Below are positions 46,759 through 56,880 of a stretch of 64,000 nucleotides of DNA, piece by piece; the stretch's first letter is position 1; every line of letters begins with the position of its first letter. This DNA comes from a virus. Its lineage: Duplodnaviria; Caudoviricetes. The stretch is from the IMG/VR virus record IMGVR_UViG_3300050821_003047, positions 1,500-65,499 of that record; one strand, 5' to 3'. A program made the translations under genes and the position numbers. The notes below the pieces were generated by a model, which was not told where the DNA came from, did no database searches, and worked only from the letters and a program-made list of their open reading frames with translations.

Positions 46759-48596
46759 TGTTTCCTGACCCCAACGCCGCTGCGCCGCAAGACTGGCAGG
46801 ACCCCTACGCACTACCGCCGCGCCCGCTGTCTCCCGGTGTCCCTCCCGCAGGCTTTCCTGGCTCTAGTCAGTTCGGAGGGTTTCAGCCCGGTCAAGACAA
46901 TTACTCCGGCGCTGACTGGTGGCGCAACCCTCTCGACCCTTCCGCGTTCAGCCCGCAACTGACGGCATCGGGTTCCGCTGGCATGGGGAATACGGCGCAA
47001 CCGGAGGCGAATACCGGAGGCGCAGGCCCAAGTGCTGCGGCGGGTCAGTTACTCGGTGGCGGAAAGCAGCCCCCTCCGCCCGTACCGGCAGGACTGGCTA
47101 GCGCACCCGCTCCGCAACCGCAAGGACCGCCATCCTTGCCCGCTGCTATGCCACCTCCGGGCCACCAGGCCGCGCCAGCCGAGGCGCAGCCACCATCCGC
47201 TACCCAGCAGGCCATCGACCGCGATACGGCGCTCCTGTCACAGCCAGCGCCATCGCCTGGCGGACATTGGTATCAACGCCTCGGGATGGCGATGCTGGCG
47301 GCTACGAAACTCGCGCCCTATGCGCAGCAGATCGTGCATCCGGTTTGGTCTGAACAGATGGCCGCGCGTGAGGCGGCAGGGAAGGAACTGGGCGAATTAT
47401 CTACCGCACAGGAAACGCAGCAACGCGGAGCGTACTACCAACAGCAGGCCGATGAGAGCAAGGGCCGTTACATCAAAGTCGGAACCGGCGTATTTGACCA
47501 ACAGGAAGGCAAGTGGGCAGAACAGCCCATGGACAAGTCTAACCTCGTAGCCATCGATCCATCCGTAGCCAAAGAACGAGGGTTAGCGCCTCTCGCGGAC
47601 GGAACGTACATGGTTCCGGCTACTGTCGCCGCTCAATTCGTCAAGCCGGGCAAAGATCCGGGCGGCATGTATGTCACGAAAGAAGTAGGCGAGCGGCTCG
47701 GCATCCAGCCCGAAAACGGACAGTATTATCTGCCGCCGCAAGGCATCGGGCCTCACGTAACATCGACGGAAAAACCGCCGACATCCCCAACTGCCGAGAG
47801 CCAGAAAATAGCCTACCAGAACGTGCTGGCAAAACTCCACGCAGCGGGCCAGTTGCCTGTTAATGCCGCCACGGACTCCACAGCCCTGCTGAAGGCGATC
47901 AATAAATCCCAAGCCCTGACGCAACCAGAAAAGGATGCTGCCGCGTCGTTCCTCGCTGCTAACCCCACGCCGTCAACTGCTGGCACTCAGGCCCAAATCC
48001 GCGTCGAAGGTATGCAGGGCGCGCGGGAAAATCCCGTCATCAACAAGCAAACCGGAGAACTGGAGCTTAGGGATTCCGCATGGGTAAACTCCCATCCAGG
48101 AATGTACATGCCTGCCGGTCAAGGCGCTACTGCGATGGGCAAAGAAGCCGTCTTCCAGGATTTGCATTACAACATCCAGACGGCCCGCAATGCGATTAAC
48201 GCTCTGGATTCCCTGGATACTCCGACGCGCGCCGCCTTGTCGTTCGCCTTGCGCGACACGGACCCGCGGAGCGCGATGCAGACATTCCTCGGCGGCGCTT
48301 TGGGGACCACGCTCACGCCCCAACAGCAGGAAGCGGTACAGGCGATCGCGCTACTCAATGAGAACGCCATGGCACTCCGCGGCGTTTCTGGCATGGGACA
48401 GGGATCGGATGAACTTCGCGGCGCGATCCGCGCCACGTTGCCAGGCGGCAAAAGCCCGTCGAAGGGATATGCCCTAGGTCAGCTCCAGAAATTCGAGAGC
48501 GTAGTTAATCGGCTGGAAAAAGGTGTGCCGGGAACGGGACGCGCCCAGCAACAGACCGGCGCGCGCCCGTCGCTCGATGACATTTTCAAGAAATGA
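46758..48596 (+). CDS. putative ejection protein
   Basis: Pro-rich N-terminus and helical C-terminus ending RPSLDDIFKK. Confidence 0.6.
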   Translation: MFPDPNAAAPQDWQDPYALPPRPLSPGVPPAGFPGSSQFGGFQPGQDNYSGADWWRNPLDPSAFSPQLTASGSAGMGNTAQPEANTGGAGPSAAAGQLLGGGKQPPPPVPAGLASAPAPQPQGPPSLPAAMPPPGHQAAPAEAQPPSATQQAIDRDTALLSQPAPSPGGHWYQRLGMAMLAATKLAPYAQQIVHPVWSEQMAAREAAGKELGELSTAQETQQRGAYYQQQADESKGRYIKVGTGVFDQQEGKWAEQPMDKSNLVAIDPSVAKERGLAPLADGTYMVPATVAAQFVKPGKDPGGMYVTKEVGERLGIQPENGQYYLPPQGIGPHVTSTEKPPTSPTAESQKIAYQNVLAKLHAAGQLPVNAATDSTALLKAINKSQALTQPEKDAAASFLAANPTPSTAGTQAQIRVEGMQGARENPVINKQTGELELRDSAWVNSHPGMYMPAGQGATAMGKEAVFQDLHYNIQTARNAINALDSLDTPTRAALSFALRDTDPRSAMQTFLGGALGTTLTPQQQEAVQAIALLNENAMALRGVSGMGQGSDELRGAIRATLPGGKSPSKGYALGQLQKFESVVNRLEKGVPGTGRAQQQTGARPSLDDIFKK

Positions 48597-50455
48597 ACCC
48601 ATCTCCAGATCTCGCAAGTCAGATCTCTCAAGGAAGGGCTGTAGGCTATTCCGATGACGAGATGCTGTCGTTTCTGTCGAAACGTCCAGAATTAGCGCCG
48701 AAAATATCTACGGCGCAGAAGGCGGGATACGGAGCGGGCGAAATTCTTGATTATCTCGCTCCGAATCCGCAAGCTAAACCCAGCGGTCCATTCACCTATC
48801 CCAATTCGGTTTCTGTCCCAATGTACTCGAATGCCTCGGGGACGAAACAGCCAATCGTTCCGGTCGATAAGCCGTTGAGTGGAACGGAACAAGCTGGCAT
48901 GGCTCCGCTGGACGTGATCGGCGGAGGGATGCAGCAATTTGGCCAGGGAACGCATGAGATTGGCGCGGCCAAATCCGGCGATGACGTGGCGCAGGGCGTT
49001 TCTGACATGGCGCGAGGCGCGGGGACTGTTGCGCTGCCCTTCGTCGCCCCGGAACTCGCTACGGGTCCAGGAATTGTCGGAGCGGCCGCTGGAATGGGGG
49101 TTGGATACGGAGCGGAGCAAGGGCTTAAGGCGGCAGGCGCATCGCCGGGGTATTCTGCGCTCGCAGGAACAGTAGCAGGTGGAGTGGCCGGGTCCGGCGC
49201 GGCGCGCGGCACCCAAGCGGCTTTTAAGATAAACCCGCAAGTTGCCGCCGAGCGCGCATGGCGCCCCACGCCAGCGGACTCAGACTTCCCAGCAGTGACG
49301 CCCAACGCTGGCCGCGACGTCAAGACGTACGGCAACCCTGGCGTGAGGACGAACGCCGATACAGTCCCAGCGGCAACGCAGGCCGTCAATGTTCTTCAGC
49401 AGGGGTTGGAGTCTTACATTAACCGGGCCGAACAGTCGGGTGTTCAGATACCCGGCGATATTTTGGTTCAGGCCACGCAGCGAGCCATTCCGGATCTCAT
49501 GTGGACGCAAGATCCAGCCGCAGCGCAATCGCTGGTAAATAGCGCGCATCAGGCTTTCGGGGGGAAGTATTTCGACGTCGGACGATGGCGTGATTGGCTC
49601 AAGACCGAGAACGCCAGCCTGTCGAAGTTCTACAGTCAAGCCGGAGCGAAGCAGTCGGCTGGGATAACTGGCGGGACCCCTCCGGGAATCGAGTCCGCGC
49701 AAGCGGCCGCGATGCGAGAGGCTCTGTATCAATACTTGTCGCCAGAGGACTCCGGAGCGGGTCCGCGGGAAATCCAGGAGCGCACGGGCAACATTATCAA
49801 CCTCCGCAATAATGCTGACCGCGCCAGCAATCGTGTCATGGCAGAGCACGCTCTTAGCCCTGCGGAAGGGTTTGGAAAGGCCGCTACGGGGGCCGCGCGC
49901 CTCATTGGAGCTCCATTCCAGCACGGGGACGTGCCGGGTGCTTACCGGCAGATGACTAACCCCATGCAGGGGCCTACAGATGCGCTCGTAGGACAATTTT
50001 ACGACGCATTGCCGCATGCGGACCCGATCCCACAGCCACAGTCACCACAGCATCCATGGGGAGCGGGCGGCATGGCCCAGCGGGCATTGCCCGCGCCGTA
50101 CCGGATGCCCGCTGGACCAGATACTAGCTTTGTTGCCGGGCAACCGGGCATGTACCCAACCGGGCCTAACCCGCAGCGGGCACTTCCGGCTCCGGATATA
50201 ACGACGCCTCCGCCAGCCGATACCAGCTCAGTTCGTGGATATCCGGCGATGCGTGCTGATCCGACGACGCGGGCATTGCCTCCAGCGCGGACGTTTATAA
50301 CGCCTCCGGCCGATGCGGTTGGGCCGCACCCTTCCACGTCATCCAGCCCCCTGGTATCGCCGAGCGGACCAACGCGCGGAGTAACGCCGCAGAGTCTCGC
50401 AACGCAACTTGGCAAAACGGTTCGTCAGTTTTTGGGTGATCCGACGGTAAAGTAA
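48593..50455 (+). CDS. putative ejection protein
   Basis: Twin N-terminal GYSDDEMLSFL/AGYGAGEILDYL motifs, Gly/Ala membrane-like segments and RALPAP repeats. Confidence 0.6.
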   Translation: MNPSPDLASQISQGRAVGYSDDEMLSFLSKRPELAPKISTAQKAGYGAGEILDYLAPNPQAKPSGPFTYPNSVSVPMYSNASGTKQPIVPVDKPLSGTEQAGMAPLDVIGGGMQQFGQGTHEIGAAKSGDDVAQGVSDMARGAGTVALPFVAPELATGPGIVGAAAGMGVGYGAEQGLKAAGASPGYSALAGTVAGGVAGSGAARGTQAAFKINPQVAAERAWRPTPADSDFPAVTPNAGRDVKTYGNPGVRTNADTVPAATQAVNVLQQGLESYINRAEQSGVQIPGDILVQATQRAIPDLMWTQDPAAAQSLVNSAHQAFGGKYFDVGRWRDWLKTENASLSKFYSQAGAKQSAGITGGTPPGIESAQAAAMREALYQYLSPEDSGAGPREIQERTGNIINLRNNADRASNRVMAEHALSPAEGFGKAATGAARLIGAPFQHGDVPGAYRQMTNPMQGPTDALVGQFYDALPHADPIPQPQSPQHPWGAGGMAQRALPAPYRMPAGPDTSFVAGQPGMYPTGPNPQRALPAPDITTPPPADTSSVRGYPAMRADPTTRALPPARTFITPPADAVGPHPSTSSSPLVSPSGPTRGVTPQSLATQLGKTVRQFLGDPTVK

Positions 50456-50458
50456 TTT

Positions 50459-51649
50459 ATGGCCAAAGGAAAAACAGTAACGGAGCGCCGACTCGCCAGA
50501 TTGGCGCGCGTCAGATCCACTCAGCAATCTTTGCCGGGAGCCTATGACGCCGGCAGTTTGCCCCCAGAGTCCATACCGCACGAGGCTTTGACGCCTCCCC
50601 CGATGCCGGGACCGAGTACCGACATGGCGGCCGGCGGCCTGCCTTTGGTGCGTGGGAACTCAAGCGCGCAGCCGATGTCGCCGCAGGGACACGCTACGGC
50701 CCAGCACGTAGGGCGGCAGCTGGCCGCGATGGGCGGACCCGATCAGATCGTCCCATCCACGTCAGCACGGGCTATGGAAACCGCGCAAGACGTCAGCGGC
50801 GCCACGGGCGCTCCTGTATCGCCTCCGGTGCCGGGACTCGAAAGCCGCGCCCTTGGGCAATTGGAGGGCGAGCACAAGACGCCAGAGGTTAAGAGTTTCC
50901 TCCGATCGACAATCCGCAACCTGCCGAATTACAAGATACATGGCCAAGGGGCGATGTCTAACAAGCCGGGGGAGAGTTTCAACGAGTTTAAGCAGCGGGC
51001 GATTACGGCTCTCCGCGGACTCATGCAACGGCTGGCCTCCGCGCCGCAGTCGCGCATCATTGTCCCGACTTCCAGCCAGGTAATCCGGCTGGCCAAGGCT
51101 TGGTGCGATGCCGGATGCCCGGATGATTTTTCCGTTGACGTAAATACGATGGGGAAAGACGATGACGGGAAACCGGGGGAAATTGAGCGTCTATTTCCGG
51201 AGCCGTCGGGGCAGTGGGGCGTTACGCCGTTCTCGCCAAAATCGTCTAAAGAGTTCGCGCCGGGGATTTACTTGATGCGCCACGGGGAGACGGACGCGGT
51301 ACAGGCGCAAGGGGCATCCGCAGGACAGAAGGCCCGCGCGCAGATTATTGCCCACGTTCGAGCGGGGAATTATGCGGGCGCGCGCAAGGCTGGGCAGGAC
51401 GCGACAACTGCGGGGCATATGACGGATGACGACGTGTCTTCCGCGGTGGACGAGGCTTTGCCGGATGGGGCGAGCGCAGGGCAGTTACCTCCAGAGCAAT
51501 TGCTCGCCGCGGCTAGCGCCGCTAGTCCGACTAAGCGGGCTGAGTTGATGCCGGCACTTCAGCAGAAGTTTGCGGACCTGTCGGGGGTTGAGCCGCAAGG
51601 GCAGCACCATTTGCGGTCGCATCTGGGGAGGTTGGGGATGCGGGCTTAG
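50459..51649 (+). CDS. histidine phosphatase (PGM-family) domain protein, circularly permuted
   Basis: PMSPQG..A, STSARAMETA, LESRALGQLEG, PGESF..F..R and RIIVPTSSQVIR all precede IYLMRHGETD. Confidence 0.75.
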   Translation: MAKGKTVTERRLARLARVRSTQQSLPGAYDAGSLPPESIPHEALTPPPMPGPSTDMAAGGLPLVRGNSSAQPMSPQGHATAQHVGRQLAAMGGPDQIVPSTSARAMETAQDVSGATGAPVSPPVPGLESRALGQLEGEHKTPEVKSFLRSTIRNLPNYKIHGQGAMSNKPGESFNEFKQRAITALRGLMQRLASAPQSRIIVPTSSQVIRLAKAWCDAGCPDDFSVDVNTMGKDDDGKPGEIERLFPEPSGQWGVTPFSPKSSKEFAPGIYLMRHGETDAVQAQGASAGQKARAQIIAHVRAGNYAGARKAGQDATTAGHMTDDDVSSAVDEALPDGASAGQLPPEQLLAAASAASPTKRAELMPALQQKFADLSGVEPQGQHHLRSHLGRLGMRA

Positions 51650-51954
51650 CCTTCCATTGCCCGTCGTACCGCCGCTAGAGCTTCTTCCGCCGATTTGATA
51701 TACTCCGCGTCTTCGGAATTATCCGTGGGCAGATAAGAACATCGTCTCGTTTCCAACTCGTCGGCGATGAATGCTTCTGCTTTTCTCAGGTCTTCAGTAA
51801 TCACGCTTCCCCTCCTCGCACGCCAGCCGCATTTCCCAAGCATAATCCGTCATGCCCAACAGGTCGAAGGCGATGTCGGGCTTGGGCCACTCCCCCGTCA
51901 GCCCGTGCCCCATCAAACGCCATCGGCACGCGAGCCACACGGGGGCGAGACGGA

Positions 51955-54243
51955 TTAGAAACTCGCGCTCAAACTGGCGAACAGTGTCCCCTGTTGCGCC
52001 TCTTCCGCCGACGTCAAGTTTTTCCATGCTTGCTCCCAATACGAACGCTTTAACTCGATCCCGATAAAGCGCCGCCCTTGCTGAAGTGCGACGTAACCCT
52101 CCGAGCCAATCCCCATAAACGGACTCAGCACAATATCGCCGGGATTTGTCCACAACTCCACGCACCGCTCGATGACTTGCAGCTGCAATGGGCAGATGTG
52201 GCGTTCGTCCTTTTCTTCCCGCGCCGATTCCCGCTGAAGCGTATCGCTCGGGTTGATGTCCATCCAGACCGGCGATGCGTAGCGCTGCCAAACCTCATGC
52301 GAGAATTTATTCTCGCGTGCCGCGTCCGATTTCTCCCGCCGCGGCGCGGCATCTTCGCCAATGTAGCGCTCGAATCCGCGCGGCTTGTGCTCCACCGCCT
52401 CGGGGTTGATCCCCGGCGTGCGCATGGTCACCAGATAGTCAGGTATCCCCATCCGGCACATTGCTGCATCCTTCACAATCTGCTTGTGGGCTAACCCAAG
52501 GGCGTGCGTGCGGCTGGCGGCCACGAGCGGATCTTTCCAGATGACAACCTCAGAGTGGAAGATAAATCCATGCGATTCGAATAGCCGGATCAGATCCCCC
52601 CGGAAGTCCTTGATGCCGATGTAACCATCGCGTTCCTTCGACGTCGGCAGGTTCATACAGTGAAAGGAAACCAGTCTCCCCGGCATTACCACGCGCGCCA
52701 ACTCCCTGACCGCAAAACCAAAGTGCGTCATGAACTGCTGACCGTCTGAGTTTCCCATATCGCGATCGGAGGCTGAGTACGTGTACAATGCCGCGAATGG
52801 CGGGCTGAAAATCGAGTAGTGGGCGCTGGCGTCGGGCATCTTGCGCAGTTCCTCGACGCAATCGCCCAGTCTAGCTTCCCATCGATCACCAACCTTGACA
52901 TCGTTCTCAAAAACGTTTGACGTCACCGTCGCGCCGCGAATTTCCCGATCCATCTCTTCCCGCATATGCTCCGCCATCCCTTCATTCAAGTCATCAAATT
53001 CCCGCTCCTTGCGCTCAATGTTGCGAACGACCGCGCCCTCCAATTCGCTGGTTACGATATACGCTTCGCAGTCGCGGGTTTGGCCGAAACGCCAGCATCG
53101 CCGATCGGCTTGATACATCTGCTCGAAGCTGTCCGAAATACCAACGTGGAACCATCGCGCGCAGTTCTGAAGATTGCTCCCAAAGCCCCAGATAGGGATC
53201 TTAGTGACAATCACACGTATAGCGCCACTTTTGAAAAGGCGCATCGCGGAGATTTTGTGCTCACGGCTATCGGAACCAGTGACCTGCACGGCACCCAATA
53301 TCGAAGCCGTCAACGCTTCTGATTCATCATTGAGCCCACACCAAATAATCCACTGGTCATAACTCGCGTTAACGATCTTTGCGCAGGCATTCACTCTCGG
53401 CCAAATTGTCACCCGGCGCGCCGCCCGGCGCTCCGTCAGCGTTTGCGCCTCGACCGCGAATAACTGGCCCTCGTTGGGCTCCTCCGCGGGAATGGTAATC
53501 TGCACTCGCTTCATTGGTCGCAACTCATACCCATCATCCGGGTAGCCGATATCGGACGGCCTGCGTATGACAACCGCCCAAGAGCATAACCACTTCAGGA
53601 ACTCTTTTTCTGCGTGTCCCTTCAGCCGCCACTGGCCCGTATCGCCGCCGTCATGAACGAAAAACATGGACAGCATTTCCACGCGAGTCATCACGCCCAA
53701 AAACTCGGCGTGGTTACCGAGTTCCATGTAATCATTCGGCGCGGGCGTGGCCGTACAGCACAGGCGATAGGGAGTGCCCTTGAACATGTCGATGAGCGTG
53801 GCCTTGGTGGCGCCGTCCATCGACTTCAGGATACTAGACTCATCCAAAATCACGCCCGAGAATTTGGACGGATCGAAGTGCTCCACCATCTCGTAGTTCG
53901 TGATATTGATGCCAGCCTTCACGTCGGCCTGAGTGCGGCAGAGAGTCGATCGCAGGCCGAATTTGGGAAATTCTTCAAGGTGCGTTTGTTCCGCAACGGT
54001 GAGCGGCGCCACGAGCAGGATATCGCCGAATGTGTGCTCTGCGACCTCGCGGCCCCATTCTCCCTGCTGGAAAGTCTTGCCGCATCCGCAACCCTCAAAA
54101 AACGCGCAGCGGCCTTTGCGTAGGCCCCATTTGACAACTTCGCGCTGCCAGGGGAGCAACCGGGAGTTAAGGTTCCGTGGAGTGAATCCAACGGACGCAA
54201 ATCGTTTGGCCTTGGAAGCGAGGAAGGCGGCATAGTCTGTCAC
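51955..54243 (-). CDS. SNF2-like helicase fused to beta-class N4/N6 DNA methyltransferase
   Basis: GCGKT, DESS, TATP and QADRRCWRFGQ, then FSPPF and SPFMGIGS. Confidence 0.9.
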   Translation of the reverse strand: MTDYAAFLASKAKRFASVGFTPRNLNSRLLPWQREVVKWGLRKGRCAFFEGCGCGKTFQQGEWGREVAEHTFGDILLVAPLTVAEQTHLEEFPKFGLRSTLCRTQADVKAGINITNYEMVEHFDPSKFSGVILDESSILKSMDGATKATLIDMFKGTPYRLCCTATPAPNDYMELGNHAEFLGVMTRVEMLSMFFVHDGGDTGQWRLKGHAEKEFLKWLCSWAVVIRRPSDIGYPDDGYELRPMKRVQITIPAEEPNEGQLFAVEAQTLTERRAARRVTIWPRVNACAKIVNASYDQWIIWCGLNDESEALTASILGAVQVTGSDSREHKISAMRLFKSGAIRVIVTKIPIWGFGSNLQNCARWFHVGISDSFEQMYQADRRCWRFGQTRDCEAYIVTSELEGAVVRNIERKEREFDDLNEGMAEHMREEMDREIRGATVTSNVFENDVKVGDRWEARLGDCVEELRKMPDASAHYSIFSPPFAALYTYSASDRDMGNSDGQQFMTHFGFAVRELARVVMPGRLVSFHCMNLPTSKERDGYIGIKDFRGDLIRLFESHGFIFHSEVVIWKDPLVAASRTHALGLAHKQIVKDAAMCRMGIPDYLVTMRTPGINPEAVEHKPRGFERYIGEDAAPRREKSDAARENKFSHEVWQRYASPVWMDINPSDTLQRESAREEKDERHICPLQLQVIERCVELWTNPGDIVLSPFMGIGSEGYVALQQGRRFIGIELKRSYWEQAWKNLTSAEEAQQGTLFASLSASF

Positions 54244-54452
54244 GACGACCTCCGCAGAATCTTCTCCCGCTCATCAGCGCAGAAGTTGCACTCGCGCACT
54301 CCTTCCAGCGCTTCCTCTCCGGGCCTGACATGATACCCACAGTATGTAGGCATCCGCGTTCCTGCGGCAATCGATTTGTAAGCGCCGGGTCCAGTTAATT
54401 GGATCATCCCGGACTTGGAAATAACTTGGCTCTCGCCTTTAATGTCTGGCAT
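54240..54452 (-). CDS. hypothetical protein
   Basis: Tiled ORF. Confidence 0.45.
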   Translation of the reverse strand: MPDIKGESQVISKSGMIQLTGPGAYKSIAAGTRMPTYCGYHVRPGEEALEGVRECNFCADEREKILRRSS

Positions 54453-54657
54453 CTTTAATCCATTCTGGAGTTTTCTCCACTTGGGTGAAGTGCCCGTAAA
54501 TTTCCCCGATCCAGATCAACAAGAAAATCGTACCGGCTACGCCCCACACCCATCCCGGCGCGTGGATTCGATCAAGGCCAAGGGCACACGTTATCGTCGG
54601 CCAGAGCGGAAATCGCGCCGGCATATTCTTATTGCTGATAACTACTTTTGCTTCCAT
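54439..54657 (-). CDS. small membrane protein
   Basis: WVWGVAGTIFLLIWIG hydrophobic segment. Confidence 0.5.
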   Translation of the reverse strand: MEAKVVISNKNMPARFPLWPTITCALGLDRIHAPGWVWGVAGTIFLLIWIGEIYGHFTQVEKTPEWIKDARH

Positions 54658-54666
54658 AGAACCTTT

Positions 54667-56109
54667 TCACTCCTTCGCGTAATCCCCGTCTTCGTTCCGC
54701 AAATACCCAATCGCCCGCAAAATGCTGGCGACTCGCTCGCCTTCGCCGCCGCGCATCTGCGACGGCAGCAACCCGATGCAATGCTCCAAAACCTCATCAG
54801 GATAGACCTGCCCGGAAGTGCTGGAAATAGCCGTCCCGACCGACCGCGGATATGGCGATTTGCACCACCGCGTTATCATCCTCGCCCACGGGTCCGTCAG
54901 TCTCCTTTGCCGCTGCGCATCTTGCGCTGCGCCGATCATATCCTCGCCCAGGTGCCAAGGCTCCCCTTTTTGGAAGTACTTATACGCCTCGGCCCAAAGT
55001 TGATCCCTGTCGCGCTCGAATGCCGCCAAGTCGATTTTCTCGACCGATATCGGCCAGAATCTCCGTGTTCCGTGCTCGCCCGTTATCCACTGCTGTTGAT
55101 TAGTCGATCCAGCGAAAATGCTCTGCCGTGGAAACTCGGCAACGCGACGCCCGTAGGGTGGCCTGAATTTATCCTCGCGCCGATCTAGCCATCCGAGAAT
55201 CTGAGTCCACTCGGAACGTCGGAACGAGGCCAACTCCTTCAACTCCACGATCCAATAACCCTGGATGTTTATAGCCGCCTCATGGCCGTTACCGATATCG
55301 GAAACGTCATCCGTGAACCACGGATCCCCCAGGACGCGCAATGCCGAACTCTTCCGGATGCCCTCGCTACCTTCCAGCACAAGCATGTAATCGGCTTGGC
55401 AAGCTGGCCGCATCACGCGGGCCACGCCGGATATCATCCACCGGACGCCGATTTCCCGTATCAGTTCCGTGTCGTCTGAGCCCGCGTATCGGTAGAGCCA
55501 ATTGCAAAGGCGCATTTTCCCGTCATGGCGGAGGCCATTCAGATAATCCCGCACAGGGTGATACGACCTTTCCATCGCTACGGCCTGCACTGCTTCAGCG
55601 GCGATATTCGTGGCGATGTGAAGCTCCTTCCGCTGGCACCACTCTGCCGCCTTCGTATCCTCGTGGTCCGTCCACTTCCCGGAGGGGCCACCCCACGGCG
55701 GTGCGGCGGTCAACTCTGGGCGGCACGAGAAAAGGTTATACCTCACGGGTAAGCTTTCCATCATCGTGATCGCATTTGCAACCACAGGGCGTAGCGTACC
55801 GTTCGTAGTCAGCAAATATTTCGACGGTATCGCCGCTCCCATTGCGCGCCTGGCATCGGCCACGTCAGCAAAGAAATTCGTCTTATTAAAATTCCGTCCC
55901 CATTTTTCCTTGGCGCGGCGAGAAAACTCACGCGTCTCTGCGTTCGTGGCCAGCGCGGCCGCTTTAAGTAGTTCTGCGCCCTCCGCAGTATTCGGAAAGA
56001 CGTTCTCTACTGCGCCGCCGAGTGCTCGCGTAGAGCAGAACCTAAAGGCTGATGCTACTTCCTCTTGCGCGGCGGACAGGTAGGGGTTAAGGTCCGGCAT
56101 CGAGGCCAA
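54667..56109 (-). CDS. VapE (virulence-associated E)-type replicative helicase/ATPase
   Basis: SYHPVRDYL, LEGSEGIRKS, WIVELKEL, FRPPYGR, FAGSTN, RRFWP and RDQLWAEA. Confidence 0.9.
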   Translation of the reverse strand: MASMPDLNPYLSAAQEEVASAFRFCSTRALGGAVENVFPNTAEGAELLKAAALATNAETREFSRRAKEKWGRNFNKTNFFADVADARRAMGAAIPSKYLLTTNGTLRPVVANAITMMESLPVRYNLFSCRPELTAAPPWGGPSGKWTDHEDTKAAEWCQRKELHIATNIAAEAVQAVAMERSYHPVRDYLNGLRHDGKMRLCNWLYRYAGSDDTELIREIGVRWMISGVARVMRPACQADYMLVLEGSEGIRKSSALRVLGDPWFTDDVSDIGNGHEAAINIQGYWIVELKELASFRRSEWTQILGWLDRREDKFRPPYGRRVAEFPRQSIFAGSTNQQQWITGEHGTRRFWPISVEKIDLAAFERDRDQLWAEAYKYFQKGEPWHLGEDMIGAAQDAQRQRRLTDPWARMITRWCKSPYPRSVGTAISSTSGQVYPDEVLEHCIGLLPSQMRGGEGERVASILRAIGYLRNEDGDYAKE

Positions 56110-56117
56110 TCAAAATC

Positions 56118-56522
56118 TTAAAACGGAGATGGCGCGTCTTCTTCATAACCATCTTCGGGGGCCTCGATCATAGTTGGCTCAACAAGTTTTATGACGGACA
56201 GTGGCCTGCGCGTTCCTGAACGGATGGCCTTCATCGCCATGGCTTCATCACACGGCAAGATGCGGTAAATGGATCCGCTTCCCACAAGCACGCTCACGGC
56301 TGGAACTGCAGCACGTCGGATAATGCTGCCCGGTCGGCAATATTGCTCGCCCACATATTCCGAGACGGTCAATTCCTCATCGCACTCCAGAAGAGCAGGA
56401 GAATCGATGCGGAAGAGAACGGCCTGCCCATATGCCTCTGTCGTGACATAGCCTACGTGGGATTGGTGGCCCATGACTTCAACCTTCGCCCATCCTTTAA
56501 ATTCACTTTGATTCTCGCTCAT
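56118..56522 (-). CDS. conserved phage hypothetical protein
   Basis: WAKVEVMGH..HVGYVT...FRID. GGAAAGGA RBS. Confidence 0.65.
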   Translation of the reverse strand: MSENQSEFKGWAKVEVMGHQSHVGYVTTEAYGQAVLFRIDSPALLECDEELTVSEYVGEQYCRPGSIIRRAAVPAVSVLVGSGSIYRILPCDEAMAMKAIRSGTRRPLSVIKLVEPTMIEAPEDGYEEDAPSPF

Positions 56523-56643
56523 ACGGACTTCCTTTCCCATTCGCATATATGCTCTATCAAGCACTTAGGACATAAATACCTGCCGTGAATCGGCAGCATC
56601 GCACCGCGGTGGAGGATGATGCACCACATACGTCGGATACGTT

Positions 56644-56880
56644 TCAGCATTGATCTTCCTCGTGATCCATGTCTTCAAGAAGTTGGCATCGGTCGCAAAT
56701 TTCTATGATCCCGTTCCCGCCGCAGTTTTCACACATCTCCAACTCATCTAAATCGTCACAACGATGATTGCCAAGAAACCGGCCATTAAAATCTAGCCAT
56801 ACGTTTCCTGATCCTCCGCAGTCTCCGCATGAAACGCAGCGGCACGGCTCAGCGGAAACTTTCTTCATCGCTTCCGTCAT
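56644..56880 (-). CDS. DnaJ-type Cys-rich Zn finger protein
   Basis: CGDCGGSG...CENCGGNG. Confidence 0.6.
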   Translation of the reverse strand: MTEAMKKVSAEPCRCVSCGDCGGSGNVWLDFNGRFLGNHRCDDLDELEMCENCGGNGIIEICDRCQLLEDMDHEEDQC

